Origin: Candidatus Krumholzibacteriales bacterium
Lineage (GTDB): Bacteria; Krumholzibacteriota; Krumholzibacteriia; Krumholzibacteriales; WJIX01
Assembly (NCBI GenBank): GCA_046483305.1
Contig: JAWODM010000008.1
Location: 1-64,000, forward strand
Direction: 5' to 3'
Length of the DNA stretch: 64,000 nt
Part shown: positions 1 through 10,709 of the stretch, piece by piece
Position numbering within the stretch: position 1 is the first letter of the stretch
Layout: each line of letters starts with the position of its first letter
The notes under the pieces: model-generated
Told to the model about the DNA's origin: nothing
What the model saw: the letters and a program-made list of their open reading frames with translations, nothing else
Databases searched by the model: none
Position numbers and translations under genes: made by a program

Positions 1-104
1 AGCTCGCTCAGGAGCTGCTTATTATCATAACTCTGAAGCTCCGCCCTGAAAAATCTGATGCTTTCTATCTCTGCTGAAATCCCTTCTGATACCTGGACGC
101 TCAC
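1..104 (-). CDS. Partial CDS (N-terminus only, runs off the window), unknown product
   Basis: GTG at 104-102, SD AGGGAGGTG at 117-109, open frame MSVQVSEGISAEIESIRFFRAELQSYDNKQLLSE to the window edge. Confidence 0.6.
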   Translation of the reverse strand, partial: MSVQVSEGISAEIESIRFFRAELQSYDNKQLLSE

Positions 105-154
105 AGCGCACCTCCCTTTACTTAAAACCCATAGCGTCCCCCCTTATGTCAGCT

Positions 155-163
155 ATTATAACA
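155..163 (-). promoter_or_regulatory. Extended -10 sigma70 promoter for the partial minus-strand gene
   Basis: TGtTATAAT on the minus strand about 50 nt upstream of the GTG; no good -35. Confidence 0.5.
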
Positions 164-647
164 TACCTTTCCGGGGCGGCTGAGGATCGCTCAGGACGGC
201 ATAAATATCAAATCGCCGGTTAATAAGCCGTGAGGAGCCCTTATCTCCGGCTGTGCACTCAATATGGGACTTATATGGCTATTATATAAGCATATATCGA
301 TATATCACTGAAAAGGGCCTGCAAAACCTGTCAAGGAAATATTCAGGAAATTCCGGCAGAAATGGTGAAATTCAGCCCCGTTAAAGGATGATCCATATAA
401 AGAATCCGGCCATTCCGGTTAAGAATCTTGATATTCCGGCCCTCGGTGACTATCATATGGATAGAGAAAATATATATCACTATTCTGAAATAGAGGGAAC
501 AAAAACCTGCTCGAACAGGTAATATAAATAAGAGCAGTGACGACCATTACTAAAACGAAAGAGACCATATATAAGACCCCGCCCCTGATTTGACAATCAT
601 AGAGAAAATGCCGCTCCAATATAATGGTTGCGGGAGAAACTTAAAGT

Positions 648-676
648 TTGCATTAATAAATATGCTGTGATAGCAT
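648..676 (+). promoter_or_regulatory. Putative sigma70 promoter of the bamA-lpx operon
   Basis: TTGCAT-17 nt-TAGCAT with TGn extension, about 35 nt upstream of the bamA start. Confidence 0.45.
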
Positions 677-710
677 TCACTGAATTAATCTCAGCAGAGG
701 AAAGATATTG

Positions 711-2969
711 ATGTTCAGAGAAACTAAAATTCTTATATCAGTTCTCTTATTGATTGCCCTGCTTGGCTCCACGGCGGCCGCCGAGAAGATTGCCAGGGTT
801 GAGGTGGAGGGTAATATCTATGTCCCCGAAAAGAAGATTCTTCTGATAGCGGGTATTAATCCCGGCGACAAGTACGAACCGTTCGTTATTTCCCAGAGCA
901 TCAAGAGGCTTATGAAGAGCAAGAACTTCCGCGATGTGGTGGCTTATTACAGCCAGGAGGGCGGCGAAGCTGTAATCACCCTGGAGGTCAAGGAATACCC
1001 CCGTATCCAGAAGGTCAGCATAGAGGGCAATGACGAAATCAGCAGAAGCGATATCGAAGCGAAGATGAAACTGAGGGAGGGGCTGTTCGCCAGGCCGGGC
1101 ATGATCTCAGATGATATTGCTGCGGTGAAGGACCTGTATGCGGAGAAGGGGTACGCGGCGGCGGAGGCCAGGGTCGAGCGGATAGACGTTGGAAGGGAGA
1201 ACCTGGTAAATATAAAGTTCGTCATCGAAGAAGGGGAAAAGGTCGAGATCAGCCATATAGACTTTATAGGAAACGGAGCTCTTTCATCCGATCAGCTCAG
1301 AGACGTCATGGAGACCAGTATCGACACCTGGTTCGGCGGTGGAGAGTTTAATCCCGATGTGCTGGAGCAGGATTTTGACAAGATAAAGCGGCTTTACGCC
1401 GAGTACGGTTACCTGTCGACGGAGGTGAGTCTTCTCCGCAAGGCTCCCGGAAAAGACAGAGAGCATATAGACCTCTACATAAAAATAGATGAGGGGCCAA
1501 GATCTTATGTAGGCGATGTTACCTGGAGCGGGAACGAGGTAGTCGCCGATTCGGTGATAGAGAAGAGTATAGTTCTGGAAAGGGGCGAGCCGCTATCCAT
1601 CGCAGAGCTTGAAATGACCCAGGCGGCGATTCAGAATCTTTACATGGAAAAGGGTTACATATGGAGCAGGATTATTCCCGGCCAGAAGGTCAACAGGAGC
1701 GACATCGACATTAAGCTGAATATAACCGAGAATAACCAGGCACGCATAAAGGAGATAAAGATCTCCGGCAATACCAAAACCTTCGAAAATGTGATCAGAA
1801 GGGAACTGGATATTTATCCGGGAGAGCTGTTCATACTGAAAGAAGTCAGAAGGAGCGTGCGGGAGATATTCCAGCTGGGATATTTCCAGGGCCCTCCCAT
1901 GATCAATCCCGAAAGGGTCAACGAAGAAGGAGATATCAATCTTCTGATAGAGGTGGAAGAGAAGCAGACCGGAAATTTCAAGAGCGGGTTCGGTTTCTCG
2001 CAGCTTAACAAACTGACCGGATTCATAGGGCTCTCGGAAACCAATTTATTTGGAAGGGGCAAGAGTGTCAGTATAAACTGGGAATTCGGAAAGTACCGGG
2101 AGAACATGAACATCCAGTATTCGGAAGCGCACCTGTTCAATACCGAGACCTATTTTTCCGCCTCCGTCTATAACTGGATCCAGAACAGGGTGCAGCAGCT
2201 CTATTACTCAGACCGCCGTAAGGGATTCTCGCTGCAGTTCGGACATCCGCTTCCGTACCTGGATTATACCAGGGCTTATTTCAGGTACAGGTACGAACAG
2301 GTGGAGCTGAGCAATTTCAACGAATCATATTCATACTACGGAAGGCTTGCCGATATGGAATGGCCGATGAATAAGAGTTCGGTTACCCTTTCTGTGGCCA
2401 GGAATTCAACGGACAGCCCCTTTCATCCGACCCGGGGATCAACCACCTCGCTGAGCGCGGAGCTGGCCGGCGGGGCCTTTGGCGGGAACGTGAAGTTTAT
2501 CCGTTATAAGGCGGATATGGACTGGTTCAGGAACCTGTTCTGGAAGTTTACCTTCCACCTGAACTGTGAAGTGGGGCTGATCGACGGGTACGGAGGCTCC
2601 GAGGTGGAGGACTTCGAAAAGTTCCGCCTGGGAGGAAACAGGATGTACGCCCTCCGGGGTTACGATTATTACGAAGTGGTTCCCGACGGGAACGATGCCT
2701 ACGTGGGGGGAAGGTTCATGGCCAAATACACCCAGGAGATAGTATTTCCCTTCTCCAGGTCGGTTCACGGCCTGCTTTTCTTCGATGCGGGTAATGTCTG
2801 GAATTCATTTACCGAAGCGGATATATTTAATCTTAAGAGAGGCTTGGGAGTAGGTGTCAGAGTGGAGATTCCCGGTATGGGGAACCTGGGCCTTGACTAC
2901 GGTTACGGCTTTGACAAAGAAGGGGGTGGAGCCTGGGAACCGCATTTTAATTTCGGAAAGATGTTTTAA
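711..2969 (+). CDS. bamA: Outer membrane protein assembly factor BamA
   Basis: Signal peptide, five POTRA-like repeats (V/I..EGN...), barrel motif LRGY, C-terminal Phe; TTG at 708 or ATG at 711. Confidence 0.95.
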   Translation: MFRETKILISVLLLIALLGSTAAAEKIARVEVEGNIYVPEKKILLIAGINPGDKYEPFVISQSIKRLMKSKNFRDVVAYYSQEGGEAVITLEVKEYPRIQKVSIEGNDEISRSDIEAKMKLREGLFARPGMISDDIAAVKDLYAEKGYAAAEARVERIDVGRENLVNIKFVIEEGEKVEISHIDFIGNGALSSDQLRDVMETSIDTWFGGGEFNPDVLEQDFDKIKRLYAEYGYLSTEVSLLRKAPGKDREHIDLYIKIDEGPRSYVGDVTWSGNEVVADSVIEKSIVLERGEPLSIAELEMTQAAIQNLYMEKGYIWSRIIPGQKVNRSDIDIKLNITENNQARIKEIKISGNTKTFENVIRRELDIYPGELFILKEVRRSVREIFQLGYFQGPPMINPERVNEEGDINLLIEVEEKQTGNFKSGFGFSQLNKLTGFIGLSETNLFGRGKSVSINWEFGKYRENMNIQYSEAHLFNTETYFSASVYNWIQNRVQQLYYSDRRKGFSLQFGHPLPYLDYTRAYFRYRYEQVELSNFNESYSYYGRLADMEWPMNKSSVTLSVARNSTDSPFHPTRGSTTSLSAELAGGAFGGNVKFIRYKADMDWFRNLFWKFTFHLNCEVGLIDGYGGSEVEDFEKFRLGGNRMYALRGYDYYEVVPDGNDAYVGGRFMAKYTQEIVFPFSRSVHGLLFFDAGNVWNSFTEADIFNLKRGLGVGVRVEIPGMGNLGLDYGYGFDKEGGGAWEPHFNFGKMF

Positions 2970-3042
2970 TCAGAAAATTGTTTAAATAATTTCGTTATTA
3001 TGTATATTTTAGTAATAAATTCTTAACATGAGGAGGATGGTA

Positions 3043-3585
3043 ATGAAGAAAATTGCATGGATTACACTGTTTACATACGTTATCTTTTTCGCGTCTATTA
3101 CGGCGGCTGTCTCGGAAGAGCTCAAGGTTGGGTACGTGGACACGGTGAAGATATTCGCGAACTACTCCAAGACCATAGAGGCTGAGGAGAAGTACAAGAA
3201 GGAGATCGAGGAGTGGAGGAAGAAGGCGAAAGAGATGGAAGCTGAAATAGCTGAAATGAGAGAAAGTATTCAGTCTCAGAGCCTGATGCTCAGCGAGGAA
3301 AAAGTCTCGGAGAAGAAGCTGGAACTGGATCAGAAGATCAAGGAGTACCAGGATTACATGCAGGAGATATTCGGAGATGAGGGGAAGGCCGCTCAGAGAA
3401 ATCAGGAGCTTACCAGGCCCCTGGTGGAGGAGATCAATGCGGTGATCGCTGAGATAGCGGAAGAAGACGGTTTCACCATTGTCTTTGACGCCGCCCAGGG
3501 CACTCTGCTTTACGCCACAGATGAGATAGACATGACTGACAGGGTGCTGGAAAGGCTCAAGGAAAAGGGCGCGGATATACAGTAG
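3043..3585 (+). CDS. skp: OmpH/Skp periplasmic chaperone
   Basis: KVGYVD motif, coiled coil, IDMTDRVL C-terminus, between bamA and lpxD; ATG 3043 follows SD GAGGAGG (ORF track starts 3028). Confidence 0.92.
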   Translation: MKKIAWITLFTYVIFFASITAAVSEELKVGYVDTVKIFANYSKTIEAEEKYKKEIEEWRKKAKEMEAEIAEMRESIQSQSLMLSEEKVSEKKLELDQKIKEYQDYMQEIFGDEGKAAQRNQELTRPLVEEINAVIAEIAEEDGFTIVFDAAQGTLLYATDEIDMTDRVLERLKEKGADIQ

Positions 3586-3609
3586 CTCTGATCAAACCGG
3601 AAAGGTTTT

Positions 3610-4674
3610 ATGTCTTCATATCCATTAACTGAACTTGCCGAGATCGTGGGTGGCGAGGTCATAGGGGACGGGAATCTCAAGATCACCGGAGTGGCCGGTA
3701 TAAGAACGGCCGGTGAGGGCGAGATAACCTTCCTGGCTCACCCCAAGTACGAGGCTTATCTGTCCACTACCGGGGCTTCAGCGATTATCGCTTCGTACGA
3801 ATGCCGCGAGAATTACTCGGGCTCCGTGATAGTGACGGAGAATCCCTATCTCGCTTTTCTCAAGGTGGTAAGGCTGTTCGATATATCTCATCTGAAAAAG
3901 TACCCCAGGGGTGTCGATAAGAGCAGTTTAATAAGCGAAAAAGCGGTAATCGGCGAGGATGCGCATATCGGCCCCTATACGTACATCGGAGATAATGCCC
4001 GGATAGGAGACAGGGTTACGGTGCTGCCGTTCAGCTTCATTGGCGAAGGGGTTCAGATCGGCGAGGACTGTCTGATTTACCCGAATGTTACGGTAAGAGA
4101 GCATAGCAGGATAGGGAATAAGGTGATCATACATGCCGGCGCGGTGATCGGAAGCGACGGTTTCGGATACGCCAAGAACGGGTCCATACATGAAAAGATC
4201 CCCCAGATAGGGATAGTGGTAATTGAGGATGATGTGGAAATAGGGGCCAACAGCACCATAGACAGGGCAACCACCGGTAAGACCATAATCAGGGCTGGCT
4301 CTAAAATCGACAACCTGGTTCAGATAGCTCACAATGTTACTATCGGGAATAATTCCATTGTGGCCGCGCAGTCGGGGATTTCCGGAAGCACGGAACTGGG
4401 CAGGAATGTTATCCTGGGCGGGCAGTCCGGCCTGGTGGGCCATATCAGCATCGGGGACAATGCGCGGGTGGGCGCCCAGGGAGGGGTGACCAAATCGATT
4501 CCGCCCGATACCAGCGTTTCCGGATACCCTGCGAGGGAACACTCCCAGGCCAGAAAAATTTATGCCTGCACGGCGAGGCTCCCGGAGCTGCTGAAGGAGT
4601 TCAGAGAATTGAAGAAAAAGGTTGAAAGATTGGAGACTGGGTCTGATGGTAGTTCGACAGCAGAAGACGATTAG
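3610..4674 (+). CDS. lpxD: UDP-3-O-(3-hydroxyacyl)glucosamine N-acyltransferase
   Basis: Hexapeptide repeats; [24 protein letters not shown] motifs. Confidence 0.95.
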   Translation: MSSYPLTELAEIVGGEVIGDGNLKITGVAGIRTAGEGEITFLAHPKYEAYLSTTGASAIIASYECRENYSGSVIVTENPYLAFLKVVRLFDISHLKKYPRGVDKSSLISEKAVIGEDAHIGPYTYIGDNARIGDRVTVLPFSFIGEGVQIGEDCLIYPNVTVREHSRIGNKVIIHAGAVIGSDGFGYAKNGSIHEKIPQIGIVVIEDDVEIGANSTIDRATTGKTIIRAGSKIDNLVQIAHNVTIGNNSIVAAQSGISGSTELGRNVILGGQSGLVGHISIGDNARVGAQGGVTKSIPPDTSVSGYPAREHSQARKIYACTARLPELLKEFRELKKKVERLETGSDGSSTAEDD

Positions 4675-5953
4675 GAACTCTGTTTCTTACCAGGGTACCG
4701 GGCTGCACACCGGCAAGAACGTAAGTATAGTATTCAAGGAAGCGCCTCCCAATACAGGGGTTGTCTTCAGAAGGGTAGACCTTGACCCGGTGGTGGAAAT
4801 ACCGGCCACCGTGGAGCATATCTATTCGGGAAAGAATATCAGGAACACCACCATAACCAGGAACGGGTACGAGATTCATACCGTGGAACACCTGCTGGCG
4901 ACTATCAGCGGGCTTCAGATAGACAATCTGATCGTCGATCTGGACGCGGACGAACCCCCTGAGCCGGCCGACGGAAGCTGCAAGGAGATAGTGGAGCTGC
5001 TGGATGAGGCCGGATACAGGAATCAGGGAGTTCCGGTAAAACCGTTCAGGGTCTCCGGGCCGGTGGCCATGAAGAAGGATGAGGTGGAACTGATCGCTCT
5101 TCCCGGCAAGGGGTTCAGGATCAGCTTTACCATAGAATACGAGAACAACTGTATAGGCACCCAGTACGCGTCGTTCGATATCAATCCGGAGGTATTCAGA
5201 AGGGATATTGCCCCCTCCAGGACATTCGCGCTGATGTCCGATGTGGAGATGCTGAAATCTCAGGGCCTGATAAAGGGGGCTTCACTGGAGAACGCCATAG
5301 TGGTGGATAAGGACAGGATTCTGAACGAGAACGCCCTCCGCTTCGAGGATGAATTCGTAAGGCACAAGATACTGGATCTCATAGGAGACCTCAGTTTCCT
5401 GGGTTCCCAGATAGAAGGCCATATCATAGCGGTCCGGGCGGGCCATGACTACAACCTTGATTTTACCAAGAAGCTGGCGGAAACCAACCGGAGGCGGTTA
5501 GGTACCGATGATCTGAAGGAATACTGGGATATCAACGTAATCAAACAGATCATGCCTCACCGTTATCCATTTCTGCTGGTAGACCGGATACTGGAGCTGG
5601 AAGATAAGAAGAGGGTGGTGGGGATAAAGAACGTGACCGTTAATGAGCCCTTCTTCTCGGGGCATTTCCCTGGGCACCCGATTATGCCGGCGGTTCTGAT
5701 AATAGAGGCAATGGCGCAGGTGGGGGGCATACTCCTTCTGTCATCGGTGGATAATCCTCAGAAATACCTGGTCTATTTTACCGGGATTGACAAGGCCAGG
5801 TTCAAGAAACCGGTAGTCCCGGGAGATCAGATCCGGTTCGAACTGGAGATGGTATTTCTCAGGAGGGGTTTCTGCAAGATGCGGGGCAGGGCGTTCGTGG
5901 CCGGGGATCTGGTCGCGAAAGCGGTCCTCTCTTCGACCATTGTGGAGCGTTAG
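4646..5953 (+). CDS. lpxC/fabZ: Bifunctional LpxC deacetylase / FabZ dehydratase
   Basis: [15 protein letters not shown] and [11 protein letters not shown] (LpxC) fused to [12 protein letters not shown] and [22 protein letters not shown] (FabZ); ATG 4646 after GGAG. Confidence 0.95.
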   Translation: MVVRQQKTIRNSVSYQGTGLHTGKNVSIVFKEAPPNTGVVFRRVDLDPVVEIPATVEHIYSGKNIRNTTITRNGYEIHTVEHLLATISGLQIDNLIVDLDADEPPEPADGSCKEIVELLDEAGYRNQGVPVKPFRVSGPVAMKKDEVELIALPGKGFRISFTIEYENNCIGTQYASFDINPEVFRRDIAPSRTFALMSDVEMLKSQGLIKGASLENAIVVDKDRILNENALRFEDEFVRHKILDLIGDLSFLGSQIEGHIIAVRAGHDYNLDFTKKLAETNRRRLGTDDLKEYWDINVIKQIMPHRYPFLLVDRILELEDKKRVVGIKNVTVNEPFFSGHFPGHPIMPAVLIIEAMAQVGGILLLSSVDNPQKYLVYFTGIDKARFKKPVVPGDQIRFELEMVFLRRGFCKMRGRAFVAGDLVAKAVLSSTIVER

Positions 5954-5963
5954 GAAAAGTACC

Positions 5964-6740
5964 ATGTCTGTGAATATAGACGACAGGGCTGTAGTCAGGA
6001 AGGGCGCCGAACTCGATGACGGAGTGTCGGTCGGACCATTCTCCGTAATAGGAGAGAACGTAACCATCGGCAGGGATACTGTCATCGGAAGCAGCGTTCT
6101 GATTGACGGCAATACCGGGATAGGCAGCAATAATGAGATATTTCACTGCGCGTCCATAGGTACCCCGCCTCAGGACCTGAAGTACTGCGGCGAGGAAACC
6201 TCCGTCAAAATAGGAAACAATAACACCATCAGGGAGTTTGTGACTGTAAACAGCGCCACCGGAGAGGGCGAATCCACGGTGGTGGGCGATAACTGCCTGC
6301 TGATGGCCTATGTTCATATCGCACACAACTGTGTTCTGGAGGATAATATAGTGCTGGCTAACGCGGTAAACCTGGCCGGCCACGTAAAGATATACTATCA
6401 CGCTATAATTGGCGGAATGGTTCCGGTGCATCAATTCGTTGCCATAGGCGACCACGCCTTCGTGGGCGGGGGAAGCAGGATCGCCAAGGATGTGCCCCCC
6501 TTCGTGAAGGTGGCGGGAAATCCTCCCCGGGTTAACGGCATAAACAGTATCGGGCTCCAGAGGAGGGGGTTTACCAAGAAACAGCGAGAGGTGATCAAGA
6601 GGGCCTACACCTATCTGTACCGGAAAGGTCTCAATGTCTCGCAGGCGGTGGAACGGATACAGAGCGACCTCGCCCGGACGAAAGAGACCAGGCTGATAGT
6701 CGATTTTATAGAAAACTGCCAGCGGGGAATCACTAAGTAA
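5964..6740 (+). CDS. lpxA: Acyl-ACP--UDP-N-acetylglucosamine O-acyltransferase
   Basis: PQDLKY, IREFVTVN, LMAYVHIAHNC, HQF and DVPPF motifs; ATG 5964. Confidence 0.95.
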   Translation: MSVNIDDRAVVRKGAELDDGVSVGPFSVIGENVTIGRDTVIGSSVLIDGNTGIGSNNEIFHCASIGTPPQDLKYCGEETSVKIGNNNTIREFVTVNSATGEGESTVVGDNCLLMAYVHIAHNCVLEDNIVLANAVNLAGHVKIYYHAIIGGMVPVHQFVAIGDHAFVGGGSRIAKDVPPFVKVAGNPPRVNGINSIGLQRRGFTKKQREVIKRAYTYLYRKGLNVSQAVERIQSDLARTKETRLIVDFIENCQRGITK

Positions 6741-6762
6741 TAATTCAGACAGGGAGTATCTG

Positions 6763-7731
6763 TTGAATCTGGAGGGTAATAATATTACGGCCGGTGTTAT
6801 AGGCACCGGCAACCTGGGAAGGAATCACGCCCGGATCTATTCCGGTTCGGAACGGGTGGAAGAAGTCTATATATTCGATACCGACGCCGGCTGCGCCGAA
6901 GAAGTGGCCGGCAGCTTCGGGGTCAATGTCTCGGATTCCTGCGGCGAGCTTATGGACAGGTGCGATCTGGTCAGCGTATGTACTCCTGCCACCACTCATT
7001 ATGATATCGTATGTACGGCGCTGGAACAGGGCCTGCACGTTCTGGTCGAAAAACCGCTGGCATCCAGTTCCCGCCTGGGGAGAGAACTGGTCGGCAGGGC
7101 CAGGGAGAATAACCTGGTTCTTCAGGTTGGGCATATCGAAAGGTTCAACGGAGCATTCCAGGCGGTCGTTCCCCTGATTAAGCAGCCGAAGTTCATAGAG
7201 GTGCACCGGTTGAGCACCTTTACCGCGAGAGGGATTGATGTTTCGGTGGCGGTGGATCTGATGATCCATGACCTGGACCTGGTACTGGCGCTGCTGAAGG
7301 GCTCGAAGCTGACCGAATGCAGGAGCTCAGGCGCCGGGTTGCTGACTGATTCCGCGGATATAGTCAATACCCGCCTGGAGTTCGACAACGGGTGCGTGGC
7401 AAATCTGACCGCCAGCCGGGTTTCGCGCGAGGCGATGAGGAAGATGAGAATATTCCAGAAGGATCTTTACCTTTCTCTGAACCTGAGAGAAAAAACGGTG
7501 GAAGCGTTCACGGCCTCTGGCGATATTGATATCGAACAGGCCGACAGGGACCCGCTCTCCTTCATAAGGCCACTGGATATCGAGGTAGACCTCTCGGAAC
7601 CGCTCAAAAAGGAGATAGATTCTTTTGTGGAAGCTGTAACCTGCGGAGGGGAACCGCTGGTCTCCGGAGAGGACGGGGCGGCGGCGCTTGAACTGGCAGA
7701 GACGATACTGAAACAGGTAGAGAATTCTTGA
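6763..7731 (+). CDS. Gfo/Idh/MocA oxidoreductase, GnnA-like UDP-GlcNAc 3-dehydrogenase
   Basis: GTGNLG Rossmann motif, EKP, QVGHIERFN, DLMIHDLD; lies between lpxA and lpxB. Confidence 0.8.
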   Translation: MNLEGNNITAGVIGTGNLGRNHARIYSGSERVEEVYIFDTDAGCAEEVAGSFGVNVSDSCGELMDRCDLVSVCTPATTHYDIVCTALEQGLHVLVEKPLASSSRLGRELVGRARENNLVLQVGHIERFNGAFQAVVPLIKQPKFIEVHRLSTFTARGIDVSVAVDLMIHDLDLVLALLKGSKLTECRSSGAGLLTDSADIVNTRLEFDNGCVANLTASRVSREAMRKMRIFQKDLYLSLNLREKTVEAFTASGDIDIEQADRDPLSFIRPLDIEVDLSEPLKKEIDSFVEAVTCGGEPLVSGEDGAAALELAETILKQVENS

Positions 7732-8858
7732 GCAAGGATATAAACATACTACTTACCTGCGGGGAAACCAGCGGGGAATATCATGCCGGCAAACTGATCA
7801 AAGCACTCAAGGAAAAAAGCCCCGGTTCCCGGGTAATAGCCCTGGGAGGCGAACTTCTGGAACAGCTGGGCGCGGAGGTATCATTTCCCATGGAGAGGTA
7901 TTCCTTCATGGGTTTTTCAGAGATAATTCCCGGCATACCCAGAATCATTTCACTGGAGAGCGAACTGAAATCCCTGATGAAGAGCGGGGTTATCGATCTG
8001 TTCATACCGGTTGACTACCCCGGCCTTAATCTCAGGCTGGCCAGGTACGCCTCCGGGATGAATATACCGGTGTTGTACTTCATCAGCCCCCAGGTATGGG
8101 CGTGGGGCAGATGGAGGCTCAGGAAGATGAAGAAGTATATAGACCGGATGGTGGTAATACTTCCTTTCGAAGAACAACTCTACAGGGATGAAGGTATTCC
8201 GGTCTTTTTCGCAAGCCACCCGGTGCTGGAAGAGATAGAGCCGCCGGAGGAACCAAAGGAGGCGCCAGACCCGGATTCAGATTTCAAAATACTGCTGTTT
8301 CCCGGAAGCAGGGTCCAGGAAGTCGGCAGAATGCTTCCGCCAATGCTGGATGCGGCCAGGGAATTAAAAAAGAAGTTCAGCAGGGCTGAATTCATTCTGG
8401 GAGTGGCCCCCCTGATCAGAAGGCAGGGAGTGGAGATACCGGAAGACCTGCGCGGAGCGGTCCGGGTAACCGAAAAGGGGCTTGAAGAACTGGCCGACGT
8501 CTCTCTGGTGCTGGCCGCCTCCGGGACTGTTACTCTTCAGACCGCGGTCTCCGGAACGCCGCTGGTGGCGATGTATAAGACTTCTTTCATCAGTTATATT
8601 CTGGCCAGATTGATGATAAGAATTCCCTATGTGGCAATGCCCAACGTTCTTGCGGGAAAGAGGGTCGTACCGGAGCTCATTCAGAGGGAAGTAACCGGAG
8701 ATAGAATAGCGGAGCAGGCGGAGAGAATACTCACCAGCCGGGACGAATACCGGAAAACTTCAGCCGCTCTGCTGGACCTGAGAAGAAATCTGAAGGGCAG
8801 GGGCGGGATGGACAGGGTTGCCGGGCTGGCCCTGGAGATGACTGGCCGCCGCGGCTGA
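7728..8858 (+). CDS. lpxB: Lipid-A-disaccharide synthase
   Basis: GETSGE, VDYPGLN, SPQVWAW, ILPFE, PGSR..E and ASGT motifs. Confidence 0.93.
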   Translation: MSKDINILLTCGETSGEYHAGKLIKALKEKSPGSRVIALGGELLEQLGAEVSFPMERYSFMGFSEIIPGIPRIISLESELKSLMKSGVIDLFIPVDYPGLNLRLARYASGMNIPVLYFISPQVWAWGRWRLRKMKKYIDRMVVILPFEEQLYRDEGIPVFFASHPVLEEIEPPEEPKEAPDPDSDFKILLFPGSRVQEVGRMLPPMLDAARELKKKFSRAEFILGVAPLIRRQGVEIPEDLRGAVRVTEKGLEELADVSLVLAASGTVTLQTAVSGTPLVAMYKTSFISYILARLMIRIPYVAMPNVLAGKRVVPELIQREVTGDRIAEQAERILTSRDEYRKTSAALLDLRRNLKGRGGMDRVAGLALEMTGRRG

Positions 8859-8905
8859 GCATGACAGTATGAATCGATATTATTTCAATCTGAACGGTTT
8901 CCGTT

Positions 8906-9589
8906 ATGAAAATAAGGCTTAATAAGAATATTCTCAGCTTTGTGGGGGCGTTCTTCATGAGGCTGATTGGAATTACCTGGAGGGTCGAATACCGGGGGCT
9001 GGATAATCTCCGAAAAGCGAGGGATGCGTCGGGCAATGTTATCTTAGCTTTCTGGCACGGGCGGCTTCTGGCCCTGAGCTATACCCACCGGGGAAAAAAC
9101 ATTCAGGTGCTAGCCTCGGAGCATTACGACGGCGACCTGATGGGAAGAATAATCGCCAGGCTTGGATTCGGACACCTCAAGGGGTCGACCAGCAGGGGAG
9201 GCCACAGGGCCATGAGAGATCTGAAGTCGGTGCTGGAGGAGGGGCTGGATGCGGGGTTGGCCGCGGACGGGCCGCGGGGGCCCCGGGGCAGGCTGCAGCA
9301 GGGCGCGGTGGAGCTCGCCAGGCTGACCGGCAGGGCGGTACTTCCCCTTACCAGCAGCGCTTCCCGCCGAAAGCTGTTCCGGTCATGGGATTGTTTCCAG
9401 GTTCCCCTGCCATTCTCCAGGGTGGTGGTTGAGTACGGTGAACCGCTGATTATGAAGGGCGACGAGAATAAAGATGAAAGGGAGCAGGCAAAGGACGTTC
9501 TTCAGCGGAGACTGAACGAGCTGACAGCAGCTCTGGACAGGAGCATCGGATACAGGGATAAGGAAGTCTGGCCTCATGAAGATATATAA
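8906..9589 (+). CDS. DUF374 / LpxJ-like lipid A secondary acyltransferase
   Basis: AFWHGR, GSTSRGG, DGPRGP and WD.F..PLPF motifs; between lpxB and lpxK. Confidence 0.8.
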   Translation: MKIRLNKNILSFVGAFFMRLIGITWRVEYRGLDNLRKARDASGNVILAFWHGRLLALSYTHRGKNIQVLASEHYDGDLMGRIIARLGFGHLKGSTSRGGHRAMRDLKSVLEEGLDAGLAADGPRGPRGRLQQGAVELARLTGRAVLPLTSSASRRKLFRSWDCFQVPLPFSRVVVEYGEPLIMKGDENKDEREQAKDVLQRRLNELTAALDRSIGYRDKEVWPHEDI

Positions 9590-10709
9590 GCGGGAATCCA
9601 CGGCGGAAAAGGTATTCAGGGGAAGGGGCTGGTATGTCCTGCTGCTGCCCCTGAGAATTCTGATTTCATATCTGTACAGGTTTGGCATGCGGGCCAGGGC
9701 CGCAGTCAAGAGAGCTGGAGGAAGGATAGAAATTGGAGATGAGCCGGGAGGGGCCAGGGTAATATCAGTTGGCAACATCCTGGTTGGCGGAGGGGGAAAA
9801 ACCCCCTGTTCCATGGCTCTGGCGGAAGAACTGGCCAAAAGGGGAATGGATCCGGTAATTCTGACCAGGGGGTACGGAAGCAGGGCTGAGAAGGCCGGGC
9901 TTCCGGTAGTGCTGTCCGATAATAGGACGGATGCGCCGGGAACAGAATTTCTTGCAGAGAAGGACTTCAATTACCCGGATTTGCCGTCAGGTGGATATGC
10001 ATCCGTTTTCGGCGACGAGGTTACCATATACAGGAGCGCTGGTATACCGGTGGTTATCGATCCGGAGAGAAGGCGGGGGGCGGAGGCGGCCCGGAGGATT
10101 CTCCATCCTGGTTATATAATATTAGACGACGGTTTCCAGAATATATCCGTGGATAAGGATATGGATATACTCCTTCTGGATCACAGCGATCCCTTCTGCG
10201 GCGGGAGATTGCTCCCCTGGGGGAGGCTACGGGAGGAACCCGGAGCGGCCGCCAGGGCGGATGCGGTGATATTCACCAGGAGCGGCTCAACAGAAGTGCC
10301 AGCGGAAGTTTCGGCAATAGTGGGGGATAAGCCTGTATTCTTCGCCAGGCATTCTTATATCGGTATATATGACAGAGAGGGAGTTAAGGTCTCCGAGGAA
10401 GAATTGAGGGGCCGCAAACTGGCTGTATACTCCGGGATAGCCCTGCCGCCCCATTTCGAGGTTACGGTCAGGGAGTATGTGACGGAACCGGACCTTTCCT
10501 TCAGGTTCTCAGATCATCACGAATATACCGCCAGCGATATCAGCTTCATGATGGATAGGACGGCGGAGGGTTCGGCGTTTATTACTACCGAAAAGGACTG
10601 GTATAAGAGCGCGGAGCTCTTCTCCCGCGATACCGATATTTTCATGTTAAAGATAAGAATGATTATAGGCGATATAGACAGGCTTATCGAACTGATACTT
10701 TCTGTTTAA
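9576..10709 (+). CDS. lpxK: Tetraacyldisaccharide 4'-kinase
   Basis: VISVGN..VGGGGKTP, TRGYG, GDE, LDDGFQ, GRLRE, DHH and TTEKD motifs. Confidence 0.92.
   Translation: MKIYKRESTAEKVFRGRGWYVLLLPLRILISYLYRFGMRARAAVKRAGGRIEIGDEPGGARVISVGNILVGGGGKTPCSMALAEELAKRGMDPVILTRGYGSRAEKAGLPVVLSDNRTDAPGTEFLAEKDFNYPDLPSGGYASVFGDEVTIYRSAGIPVVIDPERRRGAEAARRILHPGYIILDDGFQNISVDKDMDILLLDHSDPFCGGRLLPWGRLREEPGAAARADAVIFTRSGSTEVPAEVSAIVGDKPVFFARHSYIGIYDREGVKVSEEELRGRKLAVYSGIALPPHFEVTVREYVTEPDLSFRFSDHHEYTASDISFMMDRTAEGSAFITTEKDWYKSAELFSRDTDIFMLKIRMIIGDIDRLIELILSV

Noticed and set aside
419..619. 66-aa minus-strand ORF in the bamA upstream region
   Set aside because: AT-rich intergenic DNA with no recognisable domain; cannot be supported
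590..625. TTGACA and TATAAT pair upstream of bamA
   Set aside because: Spacer is 24 nt, incompatible with a sigma70 promoter
5859..6812. 317-aa minus-strand ORF and many similar antisense ORFs (e.g. 18214-19065, 23250-23966, 36460-37254, 47233-47907)
   Set aside because: All overlap well-supported genes on the opposite strand and are explained by codon bias
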